A stretch of DNA of 62,998 nt, counting the filler, from Octopus bimaculoides (taxonomy: Eukaryota): NCBI RefSeq assembly GCF_001194135.2. It is 5 parts of 5 records of this genome, joined end to end, with 100 filler letters (N's around TTAATTAATTAA, not from the genome) between each part and the next. Parts side by side here need not be neighbours in the genome. Positions count along the whole stretch, not along the records: positions 50,295 to 62,998 come from NC_069004.1; 4 more parts are not named here. One strand, written 5' to 3'. Within the stretch, counting starts at the first letter, position 1, and each line of letters begins with the position of its first letter. Shown here in pieces: positions 53,340 through 62,998 of this stretch. The translations under genes were made by a program, and so were the position numbers. The notes under the pieces were generated by a model, which made no database searches, was not told the DNA's origin, and saw only the letters and a program-made list of their open reading frames with translations.

Positions 53340-54555
53340 CAGGGTGTAACTTGTAAATTGGGACGAGTATCAATTGAGTATATTTCTAATTGTATAGATT
53401 TTATTGAAACCTAAATTTAAAATATGAGCAACTTGAATAATCAATTGTACTTCTTTTTGCTTTTGTTTCAGATTAAACAACTTATGAATGTTAATAAAGA
53501 ATTGTATCGTTGAAGTGCAGCTGTGGAATTATTCCGCGTCAGAGAAAGAGCCGGGGTGGTTGTTAGTGCCACAAAGTATATCAAAATTACTGATTTTAGA
53601 TTTGTAGCTACCCTTGAAACGGCCGTAAGAGGATTGCTACGGCGTTGGGTAGTTAACTTGAAGAAAAGTTAGGATATTCATAGAAAACCTCACACTGTGA
53701 GTCATTTAGGAGTCACTATGAGTCACTGTCCTCGCATACCTCACCTCTTGGCAGGACTTAAATATCGATTGAGTCGAACCCATCAAAATCGATGGTTAAG
53801 ATGGCTCGATTGATGAATCAGTAAAATGACTATTTCTAAGGTTGTGAGGCAAGACCTCCATATGAGGCCGTACGTGAGGAGACACCGTAACACCCTAAAT
53901 ACCAGCTCCAAAGCCACTCGAGCTGAAAGAAGTCCCAAACTACTTAGTCATCTGAAACATCATGGCGGAAACGTTTGCATCTTTGTAATTGAAAACACGT
54001 TCGTGGTAGATGAGGTTGCAAACCGTCAAAACACGCGAATGATAGCATACGACACTTTCCAAGTTTCTTCAGCTATGCATAGTAAGAATACAGGTTCCAT
54101 AATGATTTGAATCTGTTGCAAGTGATGGGAAATCGATGCCTCCTCATTTTATTGAAGCGGTTCTTAAAATCAACACGGCAGTGTATCTCGAAATCTTAGA
54201 AGCTTTGTTGCTTTGATCATGAATCATTATGATGCAAGTCGAATCATGTTTGTACAGGATTCTGCGATCGACTATTCTTTGAAAAGAGCGTAACGATATT
54301 TGAAGAATGAATTGCCCATGTTTGTCTCTAAAGATATCTTGTACGCTAGCTCACCAGATTTGAAACCGTGTGATTTTTGGTTACGGAGCGCCGTTGAAAC
54401 AATACCCAAAGCAGCTTGTCACAGCTTTGTGTCTTCACTAAAGGTTTCGATCAAACAAGCATTTAGTAAAATGAAAGAAGAAGAAATAGTTAAGGCATGC
54501 GCTTCATTTCGTAAACGGATCGAACTGGTGAAGCAGGCAACTGAAATAAATGTTA
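53340..54555 (+). mobile_element. Tc1/mariner DD37D (maT-type) element with pseudogenised transposase; right TIR not found
   Basis: TA|CAGGGTG start. Motifs FVVDEVANRQNTR, KNTGSIMI, LKINT..YLEIL, FVQDSA and SPDLKPCDFW...ACASFRKRIELV. Exactly 37 codons separate D at 54258-60 from D at 54372-74. Confidence 0.85.
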
Positions 54556-54964
54556 AGGTTTGTATGCTTGTCTGTCTGTATATATTTATGTATGCATGTA
54601 TATGAGCATGCATATATATGTATGCATGTATCTATGAATATGTATACGTCTCTATGTATGCATGCATGTATGTTTGTATGTATGTATGTATGTGTGTATG
54701 TATGCATGTATGAATGAGTGTATATATGCATGCATGTATGTTTGCAAGTATATATGTATGTATGTCTCTGAACATCATTTCTATCGCCTTCTTTACTTTC
54801 AGTTGGGGGAGCGTATAGTGCTTTGCTTGTTTGCATGTAGGACGTATAGTGCTTTGCTTGCATGTATGTATGTATGTATGTATGTATGTATGTATGTATG
54901 TATGTATGTATGTATGTATGTTTGTATTGTCTTCTGTTGTAGGCCTTTGACGACAAAACCCTTC

Positions 54965-55340
54965 TGCAGTAATTTGGTAATCAGAAACTGTATAGAAGTC
55001 CATTCAGCCACATGGTTCCAGGTTCAGTCCCACTGCGTAGCACCTTGGGCATGTGCTTTCTCTTGTAGCCTGTGGCTGACCAAAGCTTTGCGCGCGGATT
55101 AGTTAGACAGGAACTGAAAGAAGCCTGTTGCATGGATATATGTGTATCGTTGTGTCTGTGTTCCTCCTCCCACCATAACTTGACAAACCGTGTTAGTGTG
55201 TATACCTTCCCACAACTTAGCGGTTTGTTAAAATAGACCGATGGAATAAGTACTAGGCTTTTAAAAGTCCTGTTCGACTAACTCCCTTCGAAGTTATCTT
55301 CTAGCATGGCTGCAGTTAAATGACTGAAACAAGACAGAGA
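54965..55340 (+). mobile_element. SINE family B (diverged)
   Basis: CCACATGGTTCCAGGTTCAGTCCCACTGCGTAGCACCTTGGGC...AAATGACTGAAACAAG. Confidence 0.8.
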
Positions 55341-56365
55341 ATTAAGCGATTATATATATATATATTATATATAAAGGACATTAACTGTGTATTCATGCCT
55401 CACGTTATCGAGGGACTAAATAAGTAAAAAAACTACCAAAAATAAGCAATATAATTAACGAAAGCGAGGGAATGCAGCTTTTCAAAATTTATCTCTTAAA
55501 AACATTTAACTCAACGGTAGACCACTGGTTTCTCAATCAAATACAGAAAAAACTGTGAAGTAACCTGTATTCTTTTGTTCATCATTATGAGGTTTTTTTC
55601 ACCCTGACTACTTGATAAATTCTTATAAAGAATTTATCCTATATTATATTATATANNNNNNNNNNNNNNNNNNNNNNNNNNNNNNNNNNNNNNNNNNNNN
55701 NNNNNNNNNNNNNNNNNNNNNNNNNNNNNNNNNNNNNNNNNNNNNNNNNNNNNNNNNNNNNNNNNNNNNNNNNNNNNNNNNNNNNNNNNNNNNNNNNNNN
55801 NNNNNNNNNNNNNNNNNNNNNNNNNNNNNNNNNNNNNNNNNNNNNNNNNNNNNNNNNNNNNNNNNNNNNNNNNNNNNNNNNNNNNNNNNNNNNNNNNNNN
55901 NNNNNNNNNNNNNNNNNNNNNNNNNNNNNNNNNNNNNNNNNNNNNNNNNNNNNNNNNNNNNNNNNNNNNNNNNNNNNNNNNNNNNNNNNNNNNNNNNNNN
56001 NNNNNNNNNNNNNNNNNNNNNNNNNNNNNNNNNNNNNNNNNNNNNNNNNNNNNNNNNNNNNNNNNNNNNNNNNNNNNNNNNNNNNNNNNNNNNNNNNNNN
56101 NNNNNNNNNNNNNNNNNNNNNNNNNNNNNNNNNNNNNNNNNNNNNNNNNNNNNNNNNNNNNNNNNNNNNNNNNNNNNNNNNNNNNNNNNNNNNNNNNNNN
56201 NNNNNNNNNNNNNNNNNNNNNNNNNNNNNNNNNNNNNNNNNNNNNNNNNNNNNNNNNNNNNNNNNNNNNNNNNNNNNNNTATATATATATATGTATGTAT
56301 GTATATATGCATATATGTATGTAGATATGTATGTATGTATGGATGCATGCATGCATGCATGTATG

Positions 56366-56399
<34 letters not shown>

Positions 56400-56429
56400 T
56401 GTATGTATGTATCTAAATGGTCGCCGCAG

Positions 56430-56890
56430 AGCGTTAAATTGTCGGTGGAAGTTGAGGCAATCCAGCGCCCCAACTCAAAGAAGGCTGGCTAAGTGAAACA
56501 TATGAGCTACTGGGAAAAGATACATGAACTGAAGCTCCACTCCCTGGAGGAATGCCGGAGCTATATGCAGTGATATTCACATGGAAGTTCTTGAAACTTC
56601 TAACACCGAACTTTGGAATTAAAAGTAATACCAAACACCGAACTGTATAATACCGAAGATGCAGTCTTCTCTATCTTGATTAAGGACCCAGTATTGCAAC
56701 AGCTTGTGTTTCAGAGTAACACAACTGTTTTATCATCTTACCAAAGAACCTCAGAGATTTGTGAGATGTAGCTGTGAAAACCTTCAAAAAGCACCTGAAT
56801 AAATTGCTATCCGAAATCACTGATTGACCGACATCGCGGCATGTGGCACAAACAAGAGCTGTTCCGATCAACTCACTTCTTCACCAAAAG
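56430..56890 (+). pseudogene. 3' end of a CR1/L2-like LINE ORF2 (decayed)
   Basis: Mixed frames give EAIQR...HMSYWEKIHELKLHSLE..R..YAVIFTWKFLKLLTPNFGI...ILPKNLRDL..V.VKTFKKHLNKLL, matching the conserved LSYxERLxxLxLxSLxxRR motif. Confidence 0.75.
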
Positions 56891-57879
56891 TAGTACAGAT
56901 AGGAGACGCAAAACACTGAGCGGTGGTGCTCCAGCATGGCTCCAGCCTGGCTCCAGCCTTTGGTTGAAACCAGTAAAATAATAAAAGAATACAGGAATAT
57001 GTGTGTGTGTCTCTGTATGTGTATGTGTGTACCTTTGCGTGCGTGCGTGCGTGCGTGTGCGTGAGTGTGTGTGTGTGTGTGTATGTAGGTGTTGCTATCT
57101 TCTTTTTTACAGATTAAATTACTGGATGTATGCATATGTTAACGTGTGTACTTCTTCATATTATCATGTGACTGACATTAAGAGGTGTATCTGCTCCTCC
57201 AATGAAATATAAACTTCAGAAATAGTCACATTTTGAATATCAAAACCATCGTGCACATTTTAGTTCTTCTACTTAAAGATGGCAGTAGAAGAATACGTGT
57301 CAGTATGTCTCATTTCTCACCCGAGAACAACAGCCTTTCAAGACTGTTATTTAAAGATCTAGAAACCATAGAAAATCTACAATAGTTGCCGATAGATTTG
57401 TTAAATCATAATTCCGGAAGTTGTAGGTTTAGAAGCCATTGCAGTAATGATATTTTTTTTGTGACATTTAATTTTAATGCATTCTTCACATCTATTGGCC
57501 AATTGACCTCTGCGAGAACACAAAAGTGGATCAGTAGATTCCGAAGATATTAATGATTGTCTTGGACTGTGAATAATTAGTAATAAGAATTTCTATAGAG
57601 AAATAATTTCTTTTATGGTGAGAAAGAAGATAAGAGAATTCGTGATTTGGTCATTAGCTGATGTAAACCTCTGCACGAAATGGCAGATCTTTCGTCTTCA
57701 ATCTCACAGTAAATAAATGGAGATCAGTTTAGGAACGTTTCTTTGAACAATACATAAATCTGGTTTTCATCTACACATTCACTCGCGCGCATACATAAAC
57801 ACATATACACACACATACACACTCATACAAACACACAGAAACGAACACACACGCTAACATTTACACATTCTTGCTTTCA

Positions 57880-58340
57880 GTCATCGCAACTATGACAACC
57901 GATGACTTTAGCATGGCTTTATAAGCTTTCGCCACATTGGTCGGTTTTCGGCTTCGTGTCTGCCATTTATTATGATCAATTCCTTTCCACTTCATGTTCC
58001 TTTTTGCAGTATCTGTGAATCTCAGTCTAAATCCTCCATGGTTTCTTTTCCCTTTGCGGACTTGGAGGTAAACGAGTTGTCTGGGTAGTCTGTTGTTGTC
58101 CCTCCTGTGTACACATCCCAGCCAACGTAAATTTCTATCAATGAGAATCTCCATCACAGGAGACAGACCAGCACTCCTTAGGATCCCTTCATTTCTGTTC
58201 TTATCAAAGAGACTCATGATCCGTCGTAGATCCGATCCATTGATATGAAAACCTGAAAAACGCTAACAAGCACACATAATTTCCACATAAACAGTGATGT
58301 AGACCGCCTCTACAAAAACGAAAACAAGGCATTAGAGGCT
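57880..58340 (-). pseudogene. RTE (BovB-like) LINE 3' fragment
   Basis: NEGILRSAGLSPVMEILIDRNLRWLGCVHRRDNNRLPRQLVY...GKRNHG...RF.D..KRNMKWKGID. Confidence 0.85.
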
Positions 58341-58699
58341 TAACATTGATCTAAAATGCCGTTGAGGAGGGAGGGGGTACTTACATCGACCCCAGTGCGC
58401 AACTGGTACTTATTTTATCGACCTGAGAGGATGAAAGCTAAAGTCAACCGCAGCGTAATTTGAATTCAGAACATAAAGACGGACGAAATTGCAACTGGCC
58501 CCCTCCCCCAAAATCTCGGGCCTTGTGCCAAGAGTAGAAAAGAATATAGAGGTATTCAGTGTAAATTTGGCATTATTCCCAAATTTCCATCGAAACGTAC
58601 GAAAGCAAGACGTCTTCATGACATATGGCATCCTTCATTGATTTACATTCACCCAGCAGCTCTAACTTCATAAGTTGATAGATTCAAGGTTTATATTTG

Positions 58700-59200
58700 T
58701 TGGGGAGCACTTTCCAGGTTTGCCGTTCTCCTTTACGGGTCAGAAACGTGGAGGGTCACCAAATCCGTAAAGAATAAGCAACAGACCTTCGTCAACAAAT
58801 GGCTGCACTACACACTCAAGATCTGGTGGTCGAACAAAATTTCAAACAGAAATCAGTGGAATAGAAGGAACCAAACTCCCATCAATCAAGAAATTCTCTT
58901 CTACTCTAGGCATAAGGCCCGAATTTTTTCGGTCGATTGGATCGACCCCAGTACACAACTGGTACTTAGTTTATCGACCCCGAAAGGATGAGAAGTAACG
59001 TCGACGTCGACGGAATTTGAACTCAGAACGTAACGACAGACGAAATACCGTTAAGCATTTCGCCCGACGCGCTAACGTTTCTGCCAGCTCGCTGCTTTTC
59101 AATTAAGAAATTCTGAAAAGAAAACGGGCCTGGGTAGGTCACGCTCTAAGAAGACTTCCAAGCAGCATTGCAAGACAACTGAAATTGGTGAAAGTAAAAG
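58700..59200 (+). pseudogene. Second RTE-clade LINE fragment, split by a family A SINE
   Basis: AVLLYGSETWRVTKSVKNKQQTFVNKWLHYTLKIWWSNKISN...PINQEIL|KRKRAWVGHALRR..SSIARQ. Confidence 0.85.
58898..59098 (-). mobile_element. SINE family A with 16-bp TSD
   Basis: TCAATCAAGAAATTCT (58882-97) and TCAATTAAGAAATTCT (59099-114). Confidence 0.9.
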
Positions 59201-59524
59201 CAACCTTATACGATATCAGATTGAAAACTGCTGAAGGTAAATCCACCGTATATGTTAGTAGAAAATATATTCTATGACCTTCGAGATCCCTCTAAAGCCA
59301 AGATTATCCCTGAGTGCCAAATCCAAGATATTTAACTTTGCATGTAAGAAACATTTAGCCAAAATTCCACAAGATTATCCCCTGTTAACCATGCGATCCC
59401 CAAAATTACGCCGTTCATTGAAATTCTAAATAGTCTCCAAGTATGCTTTTCTTTTCTTTTCCACATTCCTTCCTTCTTTCCTTCATTTCTTTCTTTTCCT
59501 TTCTTCCTTTCTCTCTCTCTCTCA

Positions 59525-59555
<31 letters not shown>

Positions 59556-59980
59556 AAATTCATTTTGTTTCTTCTTTCCTTTCGTTTTTCTCCATTTTTA
59601 TTTTATTTTCATATTTACAGGTTGTCGTGTAATATTTAACATTTTATCTGGGGCCATGCTGGTGCACTGCCTTGAAATGGTTTTATCGAACAAATGAAGC
59701 GATGTACTTATTCTTTTAAGTCTGACATTAATCCCATCAATCTCTTATCCTGAACCGCTAATTGACAAGCACGTAAACAAACCGACACCAGTTGTCAAGA
59801 AATGGTACCGGGTGACAGACACAAACACAAAAGCCACACATATACGTCGACATACATACACAAGTGCATACATACATACATACATACATACATGCATACA
59901 TACCTACATACATACATATATACATACATACATGCATACATATATATATTCACACACACACATACACACATACATAATGT

Positions 59981-60013
<33 letters not shown>

Positions 60014-60014
60014 C

Positions 60015-60310
60015 TCTCTTTTTTACTCTCTTTTTTACTCTCTTTTACTTGTTTCAGTCATTTAACTGCGGTCATGCTGGAGCACAGCCTTTCGTCGAGC
60101 AAATCGACCCCAGGACTTATTCTTTGTAAGCCTAGTACTAATTCTATCGGTCCCTTTTTGCTGAACCGCTAAGTTACGGGGACGTAAACACATCAGCATT
60201 GTCAAGCGATGGTGGGGGACAAACACAGACACACAGACACACATACATATATTTACATATATACGATGGGCTTCTTTCAGTTTCCGTCTAACAAATCCAC
60301 TCACAAGGCT
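60015..60310 (-). mobile_element. SINE family B 3' half; diverged pieces also at about 59630-59820 and 60470-60632
   Basis: (TACTCTTTT)n tail and CTTGTTTCAGTCATT...GGGCTTCTTTCAGTTTCCGTC. Confidence 0.85.
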
Positions 60311-61884
60311 TATAGAGATTAATAAATCCAGGCTTATATTTTCAGATATACTAATTTGCATTGTATCTTATAGATTTTTTTTTTATCTAAATATGCTGAC
60401 ACAATAGGAACGATCGTTGGAAATGCATGGTACAATTCTCAGCTAAATATATGACTCTCCATTCTTATACACAGGGTTTTCAAGCAGTTTCCGTCTATGA
60501 AATTTACTCATAAGGCGTTGGTCGACCAGGGACTATAAGTAGAAGACACTTCTAATGTCGAACAGTGGGACTGAACGTGAATCCACGGGAGAGTAAAGAA
60601 CACTTCTTAACCAGACAGCCACGCTTGCGTCTAGTATTTATTATATTTAAAAGTGATCAGAAATAACGGGGCCCAGTGCAATAAGATTGTTTTGAGGCGC
60701 TGTCCTCTCGATCATATTAGAAGCAAAGATATTAGAAGTAAAGATACATTCCAAGAATTCTTACGAGAAGAGGAAACGAGATATCACTGCGTCGTCTGTT
60801 GAAGCATCGCTCGTTTAGATTCACAGCTTGGTTGTCAGATGAGCTTCAGTTTAGACAGTTTTCGATAATAACATAAAACTGACAGTTGTAATGTTATGAC
60901 ATTGTAAATATAGAAGCTATTTCTATATTCTGTACGCCGGAAGCGATCTTTGGCTTCATATATATATATATATATATANNNNNNNNNNNNNNNNNNNNNN
61001 NNNNNNNNNNNNNNNNNNNNNNNNNNNNNNNNNNNNNNNNNNNNNNNNNNNNNNNNNNNNNNNNNNNNNNNNNNNNNNNNNNNNNNNNNNNNNNNNNNNN
61101 NNNNNNNNNNNNNNNNNNNNNNNNNNNNNNNNNNNNNNNNNNNNNNNNNNNNNNNNNNNNNNNNNNNNNNNNNNNNNNNNNNNNNNNNNNNNNNNNNNNN
61201 NNNNNNNNNNNNNNNNNNNNNNNNNNNNNNNNNNNNNNNNNNNNNNNNNNNNNNNNNNNNNNNNNNNNNNNNNNNNNNNNNNNNNNNNNNNNNNNNNNNN
61301 NNNNNNNNNNNNNNNNNNNNNNNNNNNNNNNNNNNNNNNNNNNNNNNNNNNNNNNNNNNNNNNNNNNNNNNNNNNNNNNNNNNNNNNNNNNNNNNNNNNN
61401 NNNNNNNNNNNNNNNNNNNNNNNNNNNNNNNNNNNNNNNNNNNNNNNNNNNNNNNNNNNNNNNNNNNNNNNNNNNNNNNNNNNNNNNNNNNNNNNNNNNN
61501 NNNNNNNNNNNNNNNNNNNNNNNNNNNNNNNNNNNNNNNNNNNNNNNNNNNNNNNNNNNNNNNNNNNNNNNNNNNNNNNNNNNNNNNNNNNNNNNNNNNN
61601 NNNNNNNNNNNNNNNNNNNNNNNNNNNNNNNNNNNNNNNNNNNNNNNNNNNNNNNNNNNNNNNNNNNNNNNNNNNNNNNNNNNNNNNNNNNNNNNNNNNN
61701 NNNNNNNNNNNNNNNNNNNNNNNNNNNNNNNNNNNNNNNNNNNNNNNNNNNNNNNNNNNNNNNNNNNNNNNNNNNNNNNNNNNNNNNNNNNNNNNNNNNN
61801 NNNNNNNNNNNNNNNNNNNNNNNNNNNNNNNNNNNNNNNNNNNNNNNNNNNNNNNNNNNNNNNNNNNNNNNNNNNNNATATATG

Positions 61885-62045
61885 TATAAGCAATATATGA
61901 GTATATGCATATATATGTACATGTATGTACATGCCTTCATCTACATGTACATATAGATACATATCTGAGTACATGACGTTGCAGAAAACATGGACAAAAT
62001 GATAAACAAGGTACAAAAAAACAAGCAGGCCACATAGAGAACATA
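61885..62045 (+). repeat. Dispersed repeat shared with about 49995-50135
   Basis: ATGAGTATATGCATATATATGTACATG...GTACATGACGT.GCA...AACATGGACAAAATG.TAAACAAGGT...AAACAAGCAGGCCAC occurs at both sites. Confidence 0.75.
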
Positions 62046-62227
62046 TCCTTCATCAGCTGCCACCATTAAAACACTGGCGTTTCGAAGAGTTAGGGCAATA
62101 AATTAAACAATAGTGTAAAAAATTGGATATTAATCAATATCAATTTAATACCGGGTAACTAGCACATTAAAAGAATCAGGGAGATTCAAAAAAAAATATC
62201 TGAGATCTCAAGGATTATTGTATATGT

Positions 62228-62772
62228 TTATATAAAAATATATAAGAGTATATATAAAGGAGGCCACTAGGTGGACTGCTAATGTGCTAGAAGAAGATCA
62301 CATGTCATGTGTCTACTAAGACCGAATAATTCTCAAAGGGAATTTAGCGAAGCAACAAAAACGTAAAGTGGGCAAGACCAGTGAAAATTACACAAAAAAA
62401 TACAATTATCTGCAAATATATGTTTCGAAATTAACATTTTCTTATCAAAAATATCCGTTTCTCATCAGTACAGATCGTTAGATAGAACAATTTAGAGAAT
62501 CGTATATACTAAGTTGTACGCCACAAGGAACGCACGTGTATACGGTTCTAAAAATTATACTTTCTACGGCAAAATTATACTTTCTACTTCTTCCATGATT
62601 ATCTAAGACAAGCTGTCGAGGTTCGATTCCTGTCAACTTTAAATGACAAGAACATTTATTCAAAACGATTGGCCAGTTTCTTAGTAGACACATGACATGT
62701 GATCTTCTTCTAGCACATTAGCAGTTCACCTAGTGGCCTCCTTTATATATACTCTTATATATTTTTATATAA
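62228..62772. repeat. 94-bp inverted repeat (arms 62228-62321 and 62679-62772, one mismatch) around a 357-bp spacer
   Basis: Read by eye; the arms differ only at GGTGGACTG versus GGTGAACTG. No TSD seen. Confidence 0.9.
62408..62475 (-). ncRNA. Type I hammerhead ribozyme-like motif (probably from a Penelope-like element, possibly inactive)
   Basis: Minus strand reads ATCTGTA-CTGATGA-GAAACGGATATTTTTGATAAGAAAATGTTAATTTC-GAAA-CATATA-T-T-TGCAGAT. Stem I is 7 bp, stem II has 13 pairs plus a 2x2 loop, and both core boxes are intact. Confidence 0.7.
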
Positions 62773-62926
62773 GCACACACACACACACACACGCACACAC
62801 ACATATATATATACATATATACAGTGATAGATAGATAAAGAGTTCTATGTCTTCCTTTGTTAATGTGTCAATGTACAGTAAATATGATGTGTATGTATAT
62901 ACATCTATCTGTCTATCTATTTATCC

Positions 62927-62973
<47 letters not shown>

Positions 62974-62998
62974 AATATATATATATATATATATATAT

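Noticed and set aside
53472-53520. Strong-looking acceptor TTTTGTTTCAG
   Set aside because: It lies inside the DD37D element upstream of its transposase, and the downstream frames are not LRR-like and soon stop.
62045-62090. Second CTGATGA/CGAAAC pair on the minus strand
   Set aside because: The boxes are in reversed order and I could not build a valid stem I, stem III or NUH site. At most it is a rearranged relic.

Overview
This is repeat-saturated eukaryotic DNA with roughly a fifth of the window as N gaps. The SINE families, the very dense di/tri/tetranucleotide microsatellites and the gap style point to a coleoid cephalopod, most likely Octopus (inference). The only host gene I can support is slit on the + strand: four GT-AG coding exons (10559-10722, 18039-18180, 19386-19457, 21510-21581) that splice into one open frame covering the end of LRR domain D1 and the start of D2. 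No upstream or downstream slit exon is visible, so those lie outside the window or in gaps. The rest appears to be intron sequence filled with at least four tRNA-derived SINE families (several nested, with clear TSDs), hAT and Tc1/mariner MITEs and transposase relics (one keeps DD37D spacing), R4/Dong, CR1/L2-like and RTE LINE fragments, and minisatellites. The most unusual item is near the right end: a type I hammerhead-ribozyme fold (minus strand, 62408-62475) sitting in the spacer of a 94-bp near-perfect inverted repeat, probably from a Penelope-like element. Nearly all ORFs in the supplied track are microsatellite or N-gap artefacts. Family assignments are from recalled motifs, not database searches, and many repeat boundaries are approximate.
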